This document shows, piece by piece, positions 8,380-17,782 of a DNA stretch of 20,000 nt. The position numbers and the translations under genes are program-made. The DNA lies in NCBI GenBank assembly GCA_001275005.1, contig JWZX01003399.1, positions 51,875-71,874 of the forward strand, written 5' to 3'. The first letter of the stretch is position 1; each line of letters begins with the position of its first letter. This stretch comes from Chrysochromulina tobinii. Its lineage: Eukaryota. The notes under the pieces are model-generated. The model saw only the letters and a program-made list of their open reading frames with translations, did not search any database and was not told where the DNA came from.

Positions 8380-11300
8380 CTACACAATGCTGCGTACGTC
8401 GTGGCGGAATTGAGATAAATTCTGCGTAAACTTGTCGCGCGTCTTGACGTCAAGGTTGGCGTGCTCACCGCGCGGCACGCCAGCCATGAGCTTCTCGAAC
8501 GCCTGCGCGAGCTTCTGCTGCCTGCCCGGGTGGGCTGCCATCGAGCCGAGCGCCTGCGCCTGCCATTTTTGGTATGCGTCCTCGTTGATCAGGATGAGCG
8601 CCAACAGGGGGCGCGAGAGCGACCACTGGTTGGTGCACTCCTCGAAGACGATCATATGCAGCAGCACAGCGAGCTGGAAGGCGAAGAGCTCTCGCTCAGT
8701 GCCCAGCTTGCTCACACCCTTGGCGCCGTCCTCGTCCCGCTCGGCCAACTCTTGGAAGTGGAACGCCGCAAGGTGGTCGAGCGCGGCGGCGCACTGCGAC
8801 GAGATCGCGACCTCGTGCGACTTGAGCCCCTCGCTGAGCGAGTTGCACAGGTGGCGAAGCACGGGCGGCTCGAGCTCGGCGATCACGGTGGTGTGGTTGC
8901 GCATGAGCAACTCCATGAGTGTGAAGTAGGCGCGGCTCAGCTTCGGGTAAGCGAGGATGTCCTCGAGCTTGACGCGCAGGCACATCTGGATCATCACTTC
9001 GAGGCAGTCGGAGAGAGCGCGGTCTCCATAGAGCGCGAACACACCGAAGTTGACGTAACTACCCGAGAGCGCTCTCGTGAGCATCGTCATGCATATGTGG
9101 ATGCCCTTGAACTTGTGCGTGTACGGGTCGGCGCCCACGGGCAGCTCCGACTCGATGCACTGGCGGCCATACGCGACGAGCATCGCGGATGCGTCGCGAA
9201 AGAGCAGGATACCATTGGGTGAGGACGAGTCGAACGTGAGCCGTTGCGCCTTGTTATAGACCAGCTCGGCGTAGAGCTTGAGCAGAGGTGTCGTGAATTC
9301 AGGCACGGCGTGGAAGGTGAGCACGGCTCGGTGCAGCAGGGGAGTGAACTCGGGGTACAGCCAATCGAAGAAGAGGCCGTACGTGCGCCGGTTGGAGCAC
9401 GCGCACACGATGCCACGCAGATCTCGGAGCATCCCGATGAGCGCTGTCCTCACGTGTGGCTCGGCGAAGGCGCGCTCGCTCTGCGCCTTGAGGGAGCGCA
9501 GCCAGCGTGTGAACGGCTCCATGAACGCCTTGAACTTGACGCCGATGTCGTCGAGGAAGAGCAGCTTGCAGAGCGTGCTGTAAAACGAGGTGCGCTGCCG
9601 CAGGTTCTCAGGAACGAGCAAAAAAGGGAACTCCTCGGCGGTGTGGTGCAGCAGCATGTAGCGCACCGAGTCGAGCTTGAGAAGCAGCTTGGACGAGCAG
9701 TAGCCGCTCGCCAGGTCCGAGAAGAGTGCAAGCGTCTTCTCGATCACCTTGAAGCAGTCGCAGCGCAGCTTGAGGTTGGCCACGATCTTGTTCACAAAGA
9801 CGCCGAGCACAGCAAAGTGGTCGCCCAGATTCACCCGCTCGGCGAGGCGCGAGTACACCTTCGTCGAGGCGGTGGCCTGGTCACCCACATAGACCTTCCG
9901 AAACTGCTGCAGGAAGAAGAGCACCGCGCTCTGCAGGTGCTGATTGCTCGGGCAATTGCAGCGCTCACGCGCCACGTCGGGGTCGTCGATCAGGGGAATC
10001 AGCTGCAGAACCACGCTCGTCAGCTCGCCGTCGATGAACTGCTGCGTCTCGGCGTTCGAGTTTGGCGTCAGGTGAGATCCGAGGATCTGCCCAATGATGT
10101 AAATGAGCCACGAGAGCTCGCCCTCGCTCTGCGCGAGCCGCATCTGCACCTCGGGATTCCCCGTGCGATCGCCGATCGGAAGGGTAAGTGCCTGCTGGTA
10201 GAGGCGCGCCGACGGCTCAAACAGCGAGAGCACGTATGAGGAGACCTGCTGTAACTGGAAGCGGCAGAGCGACGGGAAGGTCTCGAGCTGCTCGGTGAGC
10301 TGCTCGTCGTCATCGAGCGGGTCGTCTAAGTCCGCGTCAGCCGAGCGCAGCAACGTCGAGACCAACTCCATGCGCGAGTTAATGAAGGCCGTAATGATCT
10401 GAGGCACGTAGTTCTCGAGCTGCGAGGGCGTCTCGGGCTTTAGGTAGGGCATCGAAGCGACGAGTCGTGACCACACGGAAAGGAGGTAGTACACGCTGTT
10501 TGACGCCCACTCCCAGTGCTTAAATGAGTCCACTGTGAACGTCGCCACCAGCGCTATCCATGCCTTGTAGTCGTCGCACTGCACGAGCTCGGACAGCTGA
10601 AAGTTGGCCTTTAGTCGCGAGAGCAGGCGGCAGAGCTCGTGGTAGTTGTCGTGATCGGCGAGCCCGCACTGTGTCTGCAGGATCAACAGGCTGCCGCGCA
10701 CCATCCGCTGCAAGAAGCTCTGCCGCTCCTCATCGGAAGAGAACAACGAGCGTCGCAGCGAGCCAAGCAACACGAGCACCTGGATCGTTAGCGACTGGAT
10801 CGGCGGCTGCGTTGAGCGATACAGGTCGAAGAAGAGCGCGCTGGTGGCGCTATCCTCCATGGTCCCGCGCCAGGTCGAGGGCACCTGGATCGTGCCGAGC
10901 TCCTCGGACGCCTCGTCCAGTGTCGTCCCTATGAAGTCATAGCTCAAGCACGCGAGCGCTAGCTGAAGGGAATGCTCGCGGATGCGCGCGAGCTCAGGCT
11001 CCGAGGCGGGGATGGCGTGCGTCTGCAACTGCTGCAGCGTTTGCAGCGACATCTTGAAGATCTGGTACAGGCACACGTCGCGGAAACTCCCCGCGATCTT
11101 GCGGTGCTGCGTGAGCGAACGCGTGTTCGCCGTCGAGTTCATCTCCGTCACCAGCGCCTCGAGCAGCTGCAAGCCGAGCACCAGGTGGCCAGGCGTCGCG
11201 TGCAGGAAGCGGCCAACCTCGTGCATGACCTGCTGCTGATCCTCCATCTCGGCCCAACCAAACTTGGTCGCGCACGCCACCAACTGCACCAGCAACGCCG

Positions 11301-11622
11301 TCACAAAATTGGTGCACATGATCCCGTTGGTCGCCAGAAAGTTGAGCGTGTAATTGCGGTACTCAGCGCGCTGCGCGGGCGTGAAATGGTTCCACGACTG
11401 CACGATGAGCTTCTTGAACGCGTTGGCGGCCACCAGCTGCGCTTGCGGCATCGTCGAACTGGTGAGCACAAATTGGCATTGCGGGATATGCTCTGGATTT
11501 GACGCCAGCTGCACCAGTGCCGCCTCGGCCTTGGTGCGCTCCTCCGCGCTGGGCGAATTGTACAGCATGTGGCAGTAGCCCTCGAAGGTGGCTAGACTTG
11601 TCGAGTGGGCGGACGACGCCAT
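8380..11622 (-). CDS. XPO7: Exportin-7 / Ran-binding protein 16/17 family karyopherin-beta, about 1,080 aa
   Basis: Track ORF 8380..11778 opens at a GTG. The first conserved region begins at ATG 11622 (MASSAHSTSLATFEGYCHMLY, GCCATGG Kozak context). Family motifs: HRKIAGSFRD, LSYDFIGTTLDEASEELGTIQVPSTWR, NYHELCRLLSRLKANFQLSELV, QRLTFDSSSPNGILLFR, YVNFGVFALYGD, NQWSLSRPLL, RDKFTQNLSQFR. Single exon, TAG at 8380-8382. Confidence 0.93.
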   Translation of the reverse strand: MASSAHSTSLATFEGYCHMLYNSPSAEERTKAEAALVQLASNPEHIPQCQFVLTSSTMPQAQLVAANAFKKLIVQSWNHFTPAQRAEYRNYTLNFLATNGIMCTNFVTALLVQLVACATKFGWAEMEDQQQVMHEVGRFLHATPGHLVLGLQLLEALVTEMNSTANTRSLTQHRKIAGSFRDVCLYQIFKMSLQTLQQLQTHAIPASEPELARIREHSLQLALACLSYDFIGTTLDEASEELGTIQVPSTWRGTMEDSATSALFFDLYRSTQPPIQSLTIQVLVLLGSLRRSLFSSDEERQSFLQRMVRGSLLILQTQCGLADHDNYHELCRLLSRLKANFQLSELVQCDDYKAWIALVATFTVDSFKHWEWASNSVYYLLSVWSRLVASMPYLKPETPSQLENYVPQIITAFINSRMELVSTLLRSADADLDDPLDDDEQLTEQLETFPSLCRFQLQQVSSYVLSLFEPSARLYQQALTLPIGDRTGNPEVQMRLAQSEGELSWLIYIIGQILGSHLTPNSNAETQQFIDGELTSVVLQLIPLIDDPDVARERCNCPSNQHLQSAVLFFLQQFRKVYVGDQATASTKVYSRLAERVNLGDHFAVLGVFVNKIVANLKLRCDCFKVIEKTLALFSDLASGYCSSKLLLKLDSVRYMLLHHTAEEFPFLLVPENLRQRTSFYSTLCKLLFLDDIGVKFKAFMEPFTRWLRSLKAQSERAFAEPHVRTALIGMLRDLRGIVCACSNRRTYGLFFDWLYPEFTPLLHRAVLTFHAVPEFTTPLLKLYAELVYNKAQRLTFDSSSPNGILLFRDASAMLVAYGRQCIESELPVGADPYTHKFKGIHICMTMLTRALSGSYVNFGVFALYGDRALSDCLEVMIQMCLRVKLEDILAYPKLSRAYFTLMELLMRNHTTVIAELEPPVLRHLCNSLSEGLKSHEVAISSQCAAALDHLAAFHFQELAERDEDGAKGVSKLGTERELFAFQLAVLLHMIVFEECTNQWSLSRPLLALILINEDAYQKWQAQALGSMAAHPGRQQKLAQAFEKLMAGVPRGEHANLDVKTRDKFTQNLSQFRHDVRSIV

Positions 11623-11932
11623 GGCAGATCGCGCGCGGTCGAGAAGACGGCGTCGACGACCGGCGATGTTCAGTACTGTACTGTGTGCCGCGCGCGCGCG
11701 CCGTCGCCGCGCCGAACGAAATACCATGGTGCTGCCGAAATTGAGATTTCGAAGCCACGTCGCACTGTTCTGCAGCACAGATCATAAATGATGACTCTAC
11801 AGCCGTGCCTCGTCGTTCGTTCCAGGGCCCTCTCGGCCAGACACACACCCACAAGCCCAGAAAAGGCGTGCGTGGGAGGCGCTCACATGTTGACTCAGCC
11901 GTGCCACCGGGCTGTGGTTTGTTTCTAATAGG

Positions 11933-14695
11933 CTATCCTCTTCCACTCTTAGCCGCGCGCTTGGCGCGTGCACCGCGCGGCGACGAGACGGCTCCCGTAT
12001 CCACCTCGGGCGCGCGCTGAACCACCACGGTCGAGGCGGCCTCGGCAGTGGCCTCGCCGTCAGCGCCCGCATGATCGGCGTCGAGCTCGTCGGGGGCGCT
12101 GCGCTCTGGCTCCTTGCGCGCTGCTTCGAACCAGGGCCCGATGGGCTTCAGTGCCTTCACGAGGCAGTGGCGGTCGGTCGCGTCTTGCAGCACGGCTTCC
12201 CACAGAGGGTCCTTGGCGAGGGTGTCCGCGTGTCCGAGCACGAAGACGGATGAGCGCGCGCGCGTGATGGACACGTTCATGCGCCGCGCGTCGCGCAGGA
12301 AGCCGATGCCTCGCTGTCCGCGCTGTCCCAGATCCGATCGCACCGTCGAGAGCACAATGATGTCCTTCTCGCGGCCCTGGAAGCCGTCGACTGAATTGAC
12401 GTCGATCAGTCGGGCAGTCGCCTCATCGAATGATTCCTTCAGCAGGGTGCGGATGTGACGTACCTGCCCATTGTACGGCGAGATGATCCCGATCGACGAG
12501 GGCGCGATGGCGTCGGGGTACGCATTGAGCAGGTGGCGCACGATGGCAAGGGCCAGCTGCGCCTCGAGCTCGTTGGACCAGCTCGACGACACCTCACTCG
12601 CGGTGCCGTCGCTCACGTCATAGAAGACATACGGGCCGAGCCAGCGCTGTGAATGCCACGCGGCACGGCGGAGCTGCGACTGGCCGGGCGCGTCGAGCAG
12701 AGCGCCCGCGTAGAAGCGCCGGCCGGGGAAGCGGCTAATGGCCGGATGCATGCGGTACTGCGTCGTGAGCATCGCGACACGCTGGCCACCGATCTGGAGC
12801 CGTTGGAAGAGCGACTGCTCGTAGTTATGCTTCATCGAGTGATCCGAGAAGACGGTCGCGGGCAACTGTGAAGGGTCACCCACGAGGATAAGTCGCCGGC
12901 ACGCGTACTTGAGCGGGATGAGCGTCGACACCTCGACCGCCTGCGCGGCCTCGTCGATCAGCACCGTGTCGAAGCCCTGCTTGAGTTGTGAGAAGATCGA
13001 GTACCCGGCGCACGAGAGCGTGGTGCAGACGATGCTCGCCTCATTGAGCACGAGGGTCTTGGCCGCATCGAATGAGATGGTCTCGCCGTGTTCGAGGAGC
13101 GTCGCCATGCGCTTCTTGGCCATCGTCTCGAGCGCCACCTCGATCAGGCTCTCTTTGACGTTTGGGCCGACGCGCACTACGTACGGCAAGAACGACTCGC
13201 CGCGCGCGTTGAGCATCCCGGGGCCGGTGTGCCGCAGCAGGCGGGAAACGATTTCGTCAATCGCCGCATTCGAGGGAGCGCATACGAGGACGTGCTTGGG
13301 CGGCTCCTCGGCGACCGCGCGCCCCAGGTGCACGTGCCGGTCCGTGCTCGCCGCTGTCGGGAATGGGTGCGGCGGCAACTCTACCAGAGGCATCTGGCAG
13401 GTGAGTGGCACTTCGTCCGCGCCGCCCTCCGCACGGCTCGGCTGTGCACCGGCGGAGTCGCCCTCGCCCACCCCGAGGAGCGAGGCAAGGGGAGGCGGCG
13501 CGGGCACCCGCTTCTTGGCCGGTGCCGCCGCAGGAGCGGCGGAGGGAGCGGCGGAGGGCGTGGCGGAGGGAGCGGCGGAGGGAGCGGCGGCAGCGGGCTC
13601 GGCTGAGAGCCACGGTGCGTTCTTCTTGAGCAGGGCCGCTATCTCTGTCGGCGAGCGCTTGGGCGGCAGGGCGAAGGGCCACGGTGGCGGCGCCCCCGTC
13701 GCAGCACTCGCACTGCCAGCCGCGCCGGCACCACCCGCCGTGCCGCTGTCGTCGCCCTCACCATCACCACCCTCGCCGACGTCGCGCCATGATGAGCGCT
13801 CCGATTTCGTCAAAGTGTGCGCCGAGTGGGACGCGAGCAGGACCGAGAGGATGCCTAATATGGTCTTGGTCTTACCCGTGCCGGGCGGGCCCTGGATGAG
13901 TGTGACGCCGCGCCCGCACAGGCACGTCCGGATCGCCGCCAGCTGCGACGGATTGTGCGTCGCCTTGATAGCTGGCCACAGCGACGGCGGTTTCTGCAGC
14001 CGCGGCGGCGGCGCGCTGCCGTCGAGGCTGCCGGGAGCGAGGAGCATGGACGCTAGCGTGAGTTCGCGCAGCGAGTAGAGGGCCTGGAACTCGCGGTTGA
14101 TGGTCACCATGTTGCCCAGCTTGCGCACGTGCCACTTGCCCGACGCGGGCACCATCACCTTGCGCAGCAGCTGCAGCCGCTTGTGCTGCGATGGCGGCAA
14201 CCGCGAGGTGGGATCCTCGGGTAGGTACACCTTGAGCATGAGCGTGCCCGATGTCGTGCTGTTCACCACGATGGCGAGCGCGTGGAACTGCTGCGGCACC
14301 GTGCGCGTCTCGCCGTTGGCGTCCTCCTCGACCGCCTCCAGGTCGAGTGGCTCGTGGGAGACGAAGACCAGGTCGGTCTCAAAGAAGAGGCTCTTCTCGC
14401 CCTCGCGGTTGGGCGACTCAAAGTGCAGCAGCCGGAAGGGCTCGAGCGGTTCGACCAATTTCAGCTGCAGGTGGTGGTCGCGGCTGTCGGTCATCTCGTA
14501 CAGGCTGCGCAGCGTCTGCGCGCGGCACTCCTCGAGCAGCAATGGCTCAAAGACGTCGAGGTATTCGTCGACTGAGGAGAAGCGCTCGGGCACGTCGCGC
14601 AACTGGTACATTGGCCGACCGCTCAGCATGACGTACAGGTCCCAGCCGAGCACCTCCTTGTACATCTCATCGAGCGAGAGGACGACGAAGGGCAT
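11933..14695 (-). CDS. Sen1/senataxin/MAA3-like superfamily-1 (Upf1-like) RNA/DNA helicase, 920 aa, helicase core without the long Sen1 N-terminal domain
   Basis: Q-motif HNPSQLAAI, Walker A IQGPPGTGKT, motif Ia VLVCAPSNAAIDE, Walker B VLIDEAAQ, LVGDPSQLPATV, SLFQRL, QYRMHPAI, VDGFQGREKD, RRMNVSITRAR. N-terminal VPERFSSVDEYLDVFEPLLLEE is typical of Sen1/MAA3 proteins. Basic C-terminus RAKRAAKSGRG is a possible NLS. Confidence 0.92.
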   Translation of the reverse strand: MPFVVLSLDEMYKEVLGWDLYVMLSGRPMYQLRDVPERFSSVDEYLDVFEPLLLEECRAQTLRSLYEMTDSRDHHLQLKLVEPLEPFRLLHFESPNREGEKSLFFETDLVFVSHEPLDLEAVEEDANGETRTVPQQFHALAIVVNSTTSGTLMLKVYLPEDPTSRLPPSQHKRLQLLRKVMVPASGKWHVRKLGNMVTINREFQALYSLRELTLASMLLAPGSLDGSAPPPRLQKPPSLWPAIKATHNPSQLAAIRTCLCGRGVTLIQGPPGTGKTKTILGILSVLLASHSAHTLTKSERSSWRDVGEGGDGEGDDSGTAGGAGAAGSASAATGAPPPWPFALPPKRSPTEIAALLKKNAPWLSAEPAAAAPSAAPSATPSAAPSAAPAAAPAKKRVPAPPPLASLLGVGEGDSAGAQPSRAEGGADEVPLTCQMPLVELPPHPFPTAASTDRHVHLGRAVAEEPPKHVLVCAPSNAAIDEIVSRLLRHTGPGMLNARGESFLPYVVRVGPNVKESLIEVALETMAKKRMATLLEHGETISFDAAKTLVLNEASIVCTTLSCAGYSIFSQLKQGFDTVLIDEAAQAVEVSTLIPLKYACRRLILVGDPSQLPATVFSDHSMKHNYEQSLFQRLQIGGQRVAMLTTQYRMHPAISRFPGRRFYAGALLDAPGQSQLRRAAWHSQRWLGPYVFYDVSDGTASEVSSSWSNELEAQLALAIVRHLLNAYPDAIAPSSIGIISPYNGQVRHIRTLLKESFDEATARLIDVNSVDGFQGREKDIIVLSTVRSDLGQRGQRGIGFLRDARRMNVSITRARSSVFVLGHADTLAKDPLWEAVLQDATDRHCLVKALKPIGPWFEAARKEPERSAPDELDADHAGADGEATAEAASTVVVQRAPEVDTGAVSSPRGARAKRAAKSGRG
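13533..13590. repeat. Coding 12-bp tandem repeat (GGAGCGGCGGAG, about 4.8 copies) encoding (AAPS/ATPS)n in the helicase insertion
   Basis: Read directly: ggagcggcggag ggagcggcggag ggcgtggcggag ggagcggcggag ggagcggcgg. Confidence 0.9.
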
Positions 14696-14897
14696 GATCG
14701 CGATGTGTTTTTTGCGACGCGGCCAAGCGCGCGGATTTCGTCATTCGCGTTCAAGTGGGCGAATTCGAAAAGCGTTCGTGGCATCCCTCTATGAACGTGA
14801 ACGTGCTCGACTCTTCCTCTACAAGTAGCGCCTCTCCGGCAGAGAAGTACCGGTATTCGTCCCGCGGCCGCACAAGCCGACGGCCCCAGCGGCCTTG
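14696..14897. promoter_or_regulatory. Probable compact bidirectional promoter (202 bp) between the divergent helicase and PFK-2 start codons
   Basis: Head-to-head ATGs at 14695 (minus) and 14898 (plus). Inferred from geometry only; no specific element identified. Confidence 0.6.
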
Positions 14898-16683
14898 ATG
14901 ACGCATGATGCCCCCTCGCCGATCACGGTGCCACCTTCGCCGGTAGACTTGCACCGTTTGCGGCTCACGCGGCAGCGTGGGATGACCGTGTTCATCATGG
15001 TCGGATTGCCGGCACGCGGCAAGAGCTTCATCTCGAAAAAGCTGGAGCGGTTCCTTTCTTGGCGAGGGGAGACGGTGCGAATATTCAACGTCGGTGAGCG
15101 CCGGCGCAAGCTCGCGAGCGCACAAGACGCCTCGTTTTTTAGCAAGGAGAACCTGGCGGTGCGAGAGGACATTGCTCAAGGCGTTCTTTATGAGATGGTT
15201 GAGTGGCTTCGCTCGAGCGCACCACCGAGCTCTAACGGCCTTGCCGACCCGTCGCGGCGGTTTGCTATCTTTGACGCGACCAACTCGGTGATCGCCCAAT
15301 TGATTTTTTGAGAAGAATTGGCCCTGACCCCGCGTCAAACCATCGGGTGCAGTCTGGGTACCCTCCTGCTGCTAGTGGATAGAATGCTAAGCGTCGTCGA
15401 TCGCCTTGGACTGTGCGCAGGCAGTCAGGCGTCGGCAGGTGGTGGCGCAGACGCTCGACCGTGAGCTACACGGCGAGTGCCAGGTGATCTTCGTGGAGTC
15501 CGTGTGCAACGACACTTCGGTGCTTGAGCGCAATCTGCTCCAAAAGATCTCGATGTCGCCCGACTACTGCGCGATGGAGTGCGAGGCGGCCCTCGCTGAC
15601 CTGCGCACGCGCATCGCCCAGTACGAGTCGCAGTACGAGACGCTCACGACGCACGAGCGTCTCTCGTTCATCAAGCTCTTCGACCTCTCGTCCGAGCTGC
15701 ACCTCAATCTCATCTACGGCTCGGTCGCGCGCCTCGTACCCTACATGATGGGGATCCACATCGGACGCCGCCCCATATGGCTTGTGCGCGCGGCTCATTG
15801 CGAGGATGCGGGCGACGGTGGCACCCCGAACAGCAGCGGCGAGCCGAGCGAGTCCGCTTTCCCATCGCGCCGCCAGGGCAGCCAAACCGTCATCGTGCCG
15901 CGCGCCGCCGCCCTGTCGGAAGAAGGGCTGCTCTTCGCGCAGCGCCTCGGCGCCTTCGTCCGCGCGCGCTGTGTCGAGCACCACGTTGCGAGCGATGCGA
16001 CCCTCACGCAGCAGCGCGAGGCGCCGCCGGCCACGGCGGGCGCAGGGACGGCGGACAGCATGTGGCCGGAGTCGACGGTTTCGTCAGTCGACGCGATGAG
16101 CGAGAGCGGCTGCGTGATCTATACGTCGACGCTGCCGCGCGCCATCCAGACAGCCTCCTTCGTGCCGCGGCTCACGCGGCCGCACGCAACCTCTACGCTC
16201 AACCCGCTCGACCGCGGCGTCGCGTACGGTCTCACCGAGGAGGCCTTCGCAACCGGCATGGCCGAGGACTACGCGCGCTGGCGAGCCGACCTTCGGCACA
16301 CGCGCTTCCCCGGTGGCGAGTCCTACTCGGATCTGATCGCACGCCTTGAGCCGACGCTCATCGAGCTCGAACAGCAGACGAGCCCTGTCCTCGTAGTTTC
16401 GCACGTCTCGACGCTCCAGGTTCTGTCCGCCTACTTCACCGCCAATAGCCTTGAGGAGGCCCTCGCCACCTCCATTCCACACCACACTGTGATTGAGTTC
16501 AAGCCCAGCGCCACCACGATGATGTGGGAGCGCGAGCTGATACACCTCGACGATGCCGTGCCCCCTAAGTCCCCAGCCACACCTGCCGGAGGATGTCAAG
16601 CTCGTCACGGGCCCGATGCCGCTGGGGTGATCTACCCTGCGACCGTGGCCATGCGACAAGCGCAGCCTGAGGAGCTTCGGTGA
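14898..16683 (+). CDS. PFKFB: 6-phosphofructo-2-kinase / fructose-2,6-bisphosphatase family protein, 2 exons (14898-15287, 15421-16683), about 550 aa; phosphatase domain degenerate
   Basis: Kinase P-loop MVGLPARGKS (GLPARGKS at 15003-15026), IFNVGERRR, AIFDATNS, VIFVESVCND, SPDY. Histidine-phosphatase-fold motifs IYTSTLPRAIQTA, RFPGGESYSDLIARLEP, VLVVSH. Two track ORFs join in frame through a GT..AG intron, restoring DATNS-AVRRR (family consensus DATNxTxxRR). Confidence 0.9.
15288..15420 (+). other. Spliceosomal intron, 133 bp, phase 0
   Basis: Donor TCG|GTGATC at 15288 and acceptor TGTGCGCAG|GCA at 15420. The interval holds an in-frame stop and is less GC-rich than the flanking exons. Its removal restores the conserved PFK-2 motif spacing. 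Confidence 0.85.
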
Positions 16684-16981
16684 CAGAGGCTCACTAGGCA
16701 AGGCTCTCCATCACACGAACCCAACACAATGCGTCTTGCACGAGCGGCAGCGGCGCGCGCGCGCTGCTCAGAAACGAGTCGCGCGTCACGAAGTGGAAGA
16801 GGTGCACTGAATTTGTTCCCAATCAGGTACTGATGTACGGACAGCATGGTCGGAGCCCCGAGAATCACAAACGGAAGGATTGCTAGCCAATTACGAAGAC
16901 GCCCAACACAACGCACGCGTCGTGTTGAACGTCTCGGTGCGGAGGGCCCAAGACGCGAGTGTCTCTGTCGGCGCCTCCTCA

Positions 16982-17431
16982 ATGCGGCGACTTTGTCCAC
17001 AACTGTTTCACGGCACGACCCTATCGCTGCGGGCGCTCTCCGTTTCGCACCTTAACGAGCGCTGCGCATCGTGGAAGCTGTGGCGCAGCGAGGTATCGGA
17101 ATGGTATGAGGAGGAGCAGCAGCAGCGCTGGTGTCAGGAAACGGATGATGAGGACGAGCCAGACGAGGAGAAGGAGGAGTTCAATACGAGTGCTCCGCTT
17201 GCGTCGAGCAGCACCCGTTGTGATAGGCACAGCTTGCCCTCATCCAGGCGTGATCAACTGGCGGAGGAGGAGGCGGCTGACGCAATCGAGATGCATGAGT
17301 GGTACGAGGAGCAATGCGAACACGACTCTCGGCACCTCTCGCGATGGAGGGCGAGCGCAGAGAGGTTACGGAATTTTCTGCATGCTCAAGGTACACAAAT
17401 GGGCTGCTGCTGCTGCGGAGCACCCGGCTGA
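16982..17431 (+). CDS. Hypothetical small acidic protein, about 149 aa from ATG 16982; the frame is open from 16811, so the 5' end is uncertain
   Basis: Coding-like GAG/GAC-rich tract (ETDDEDEPDEEKEEF), a twice-repeated EWYEE motif and a C-terminal MGCCCCGAPG. No family recognised. Confidence 0.45.
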   Translation: MRRLCPQLFHGTTLSLRALSVSHLNERCASWKLWRSEVSEWYEEEQQQRWCQETDDEDEPDEEKEEFNTSAPLASSSTRCDRHSLPSSRRDQLAEEEAADAIEMHEWYEEQCEHDSRHLSRWRASAERLRNFLHAQGTQMGCCCCGAPG

Positions 17432-17710
17432 CGTCTATCCGCGAGATGCAGCCTGTTGCAGCCTGACGAGATGCAGCCACGCGATGCAGCCTGACGCTGC
17501 GTCGGCGAGGAGCAATGCGGCGGACCATGACTATTCGTCGCGCTCTGCTGCGCGACTGCCGCTGCGCAACTGTGCGCGAAGCCGACATAATCATACCCAG
17601 CTCGCCACACATGCACAAGCCCCCTCTGCACTGTGCCCTCTGTTCATCCATGCCGTCGTCGCATGACCAAACGTAAGCTTCACCATGCCCGATTTGTTTA
17701 TCCGGATGTA

Positions 17711-17782
17711 TGCACGTATCCAGGTACTCACGTATACCATGCAGGCTGCATGTATCCAGGTACTCACGTATACCATGCAGGC
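17711..17782. repeat. 36-bp direct tandem duplication (2 copies, 1 mismatch), non-coding
   Basis: tgcacgtatccaggtactcacgtataccatgcaggc (17711-17746) and tgcatgtatccaggtactcacgtataccatgcaggc (17747-17782). Confidence 0.92.

Noticed and set aside
11623..11778. 52-aa N-terminal extension of exportin-7 in the track
   Set aside because: It starts at GTG and is Arg-rich and UTR-like. Family similarity and the best Kozak context begin at ATG 11622.
8432..14828. Long plus-strand ORFs (253, 331, 389, 243 aa) opposite exportin-7 and the helicase
   Set aside because: Expected antisense open frames of high-GC3 genes, with no independent protein signal.
16632..17000. Minus-strand 122-aa ORF with a hydrophobic segment
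   Set aside because: GTG start with no upstream in-frame ATG before a stop. It overlaps the PFK-2 3' end and has no family signal.
17399..17530. TGA after CCCCGAPG as selenocysteine or readthrough
   Set aside because: Further in-frame TGAs follow, there is no redox CxxU-type motif, and I cannot identify a SECIS element by eye.
17711..17782. 36-bp repeats as a CRISPR array
   Set aside because: Only two abutting copies, no spacers, no cas genes, and a eukaryotic context.
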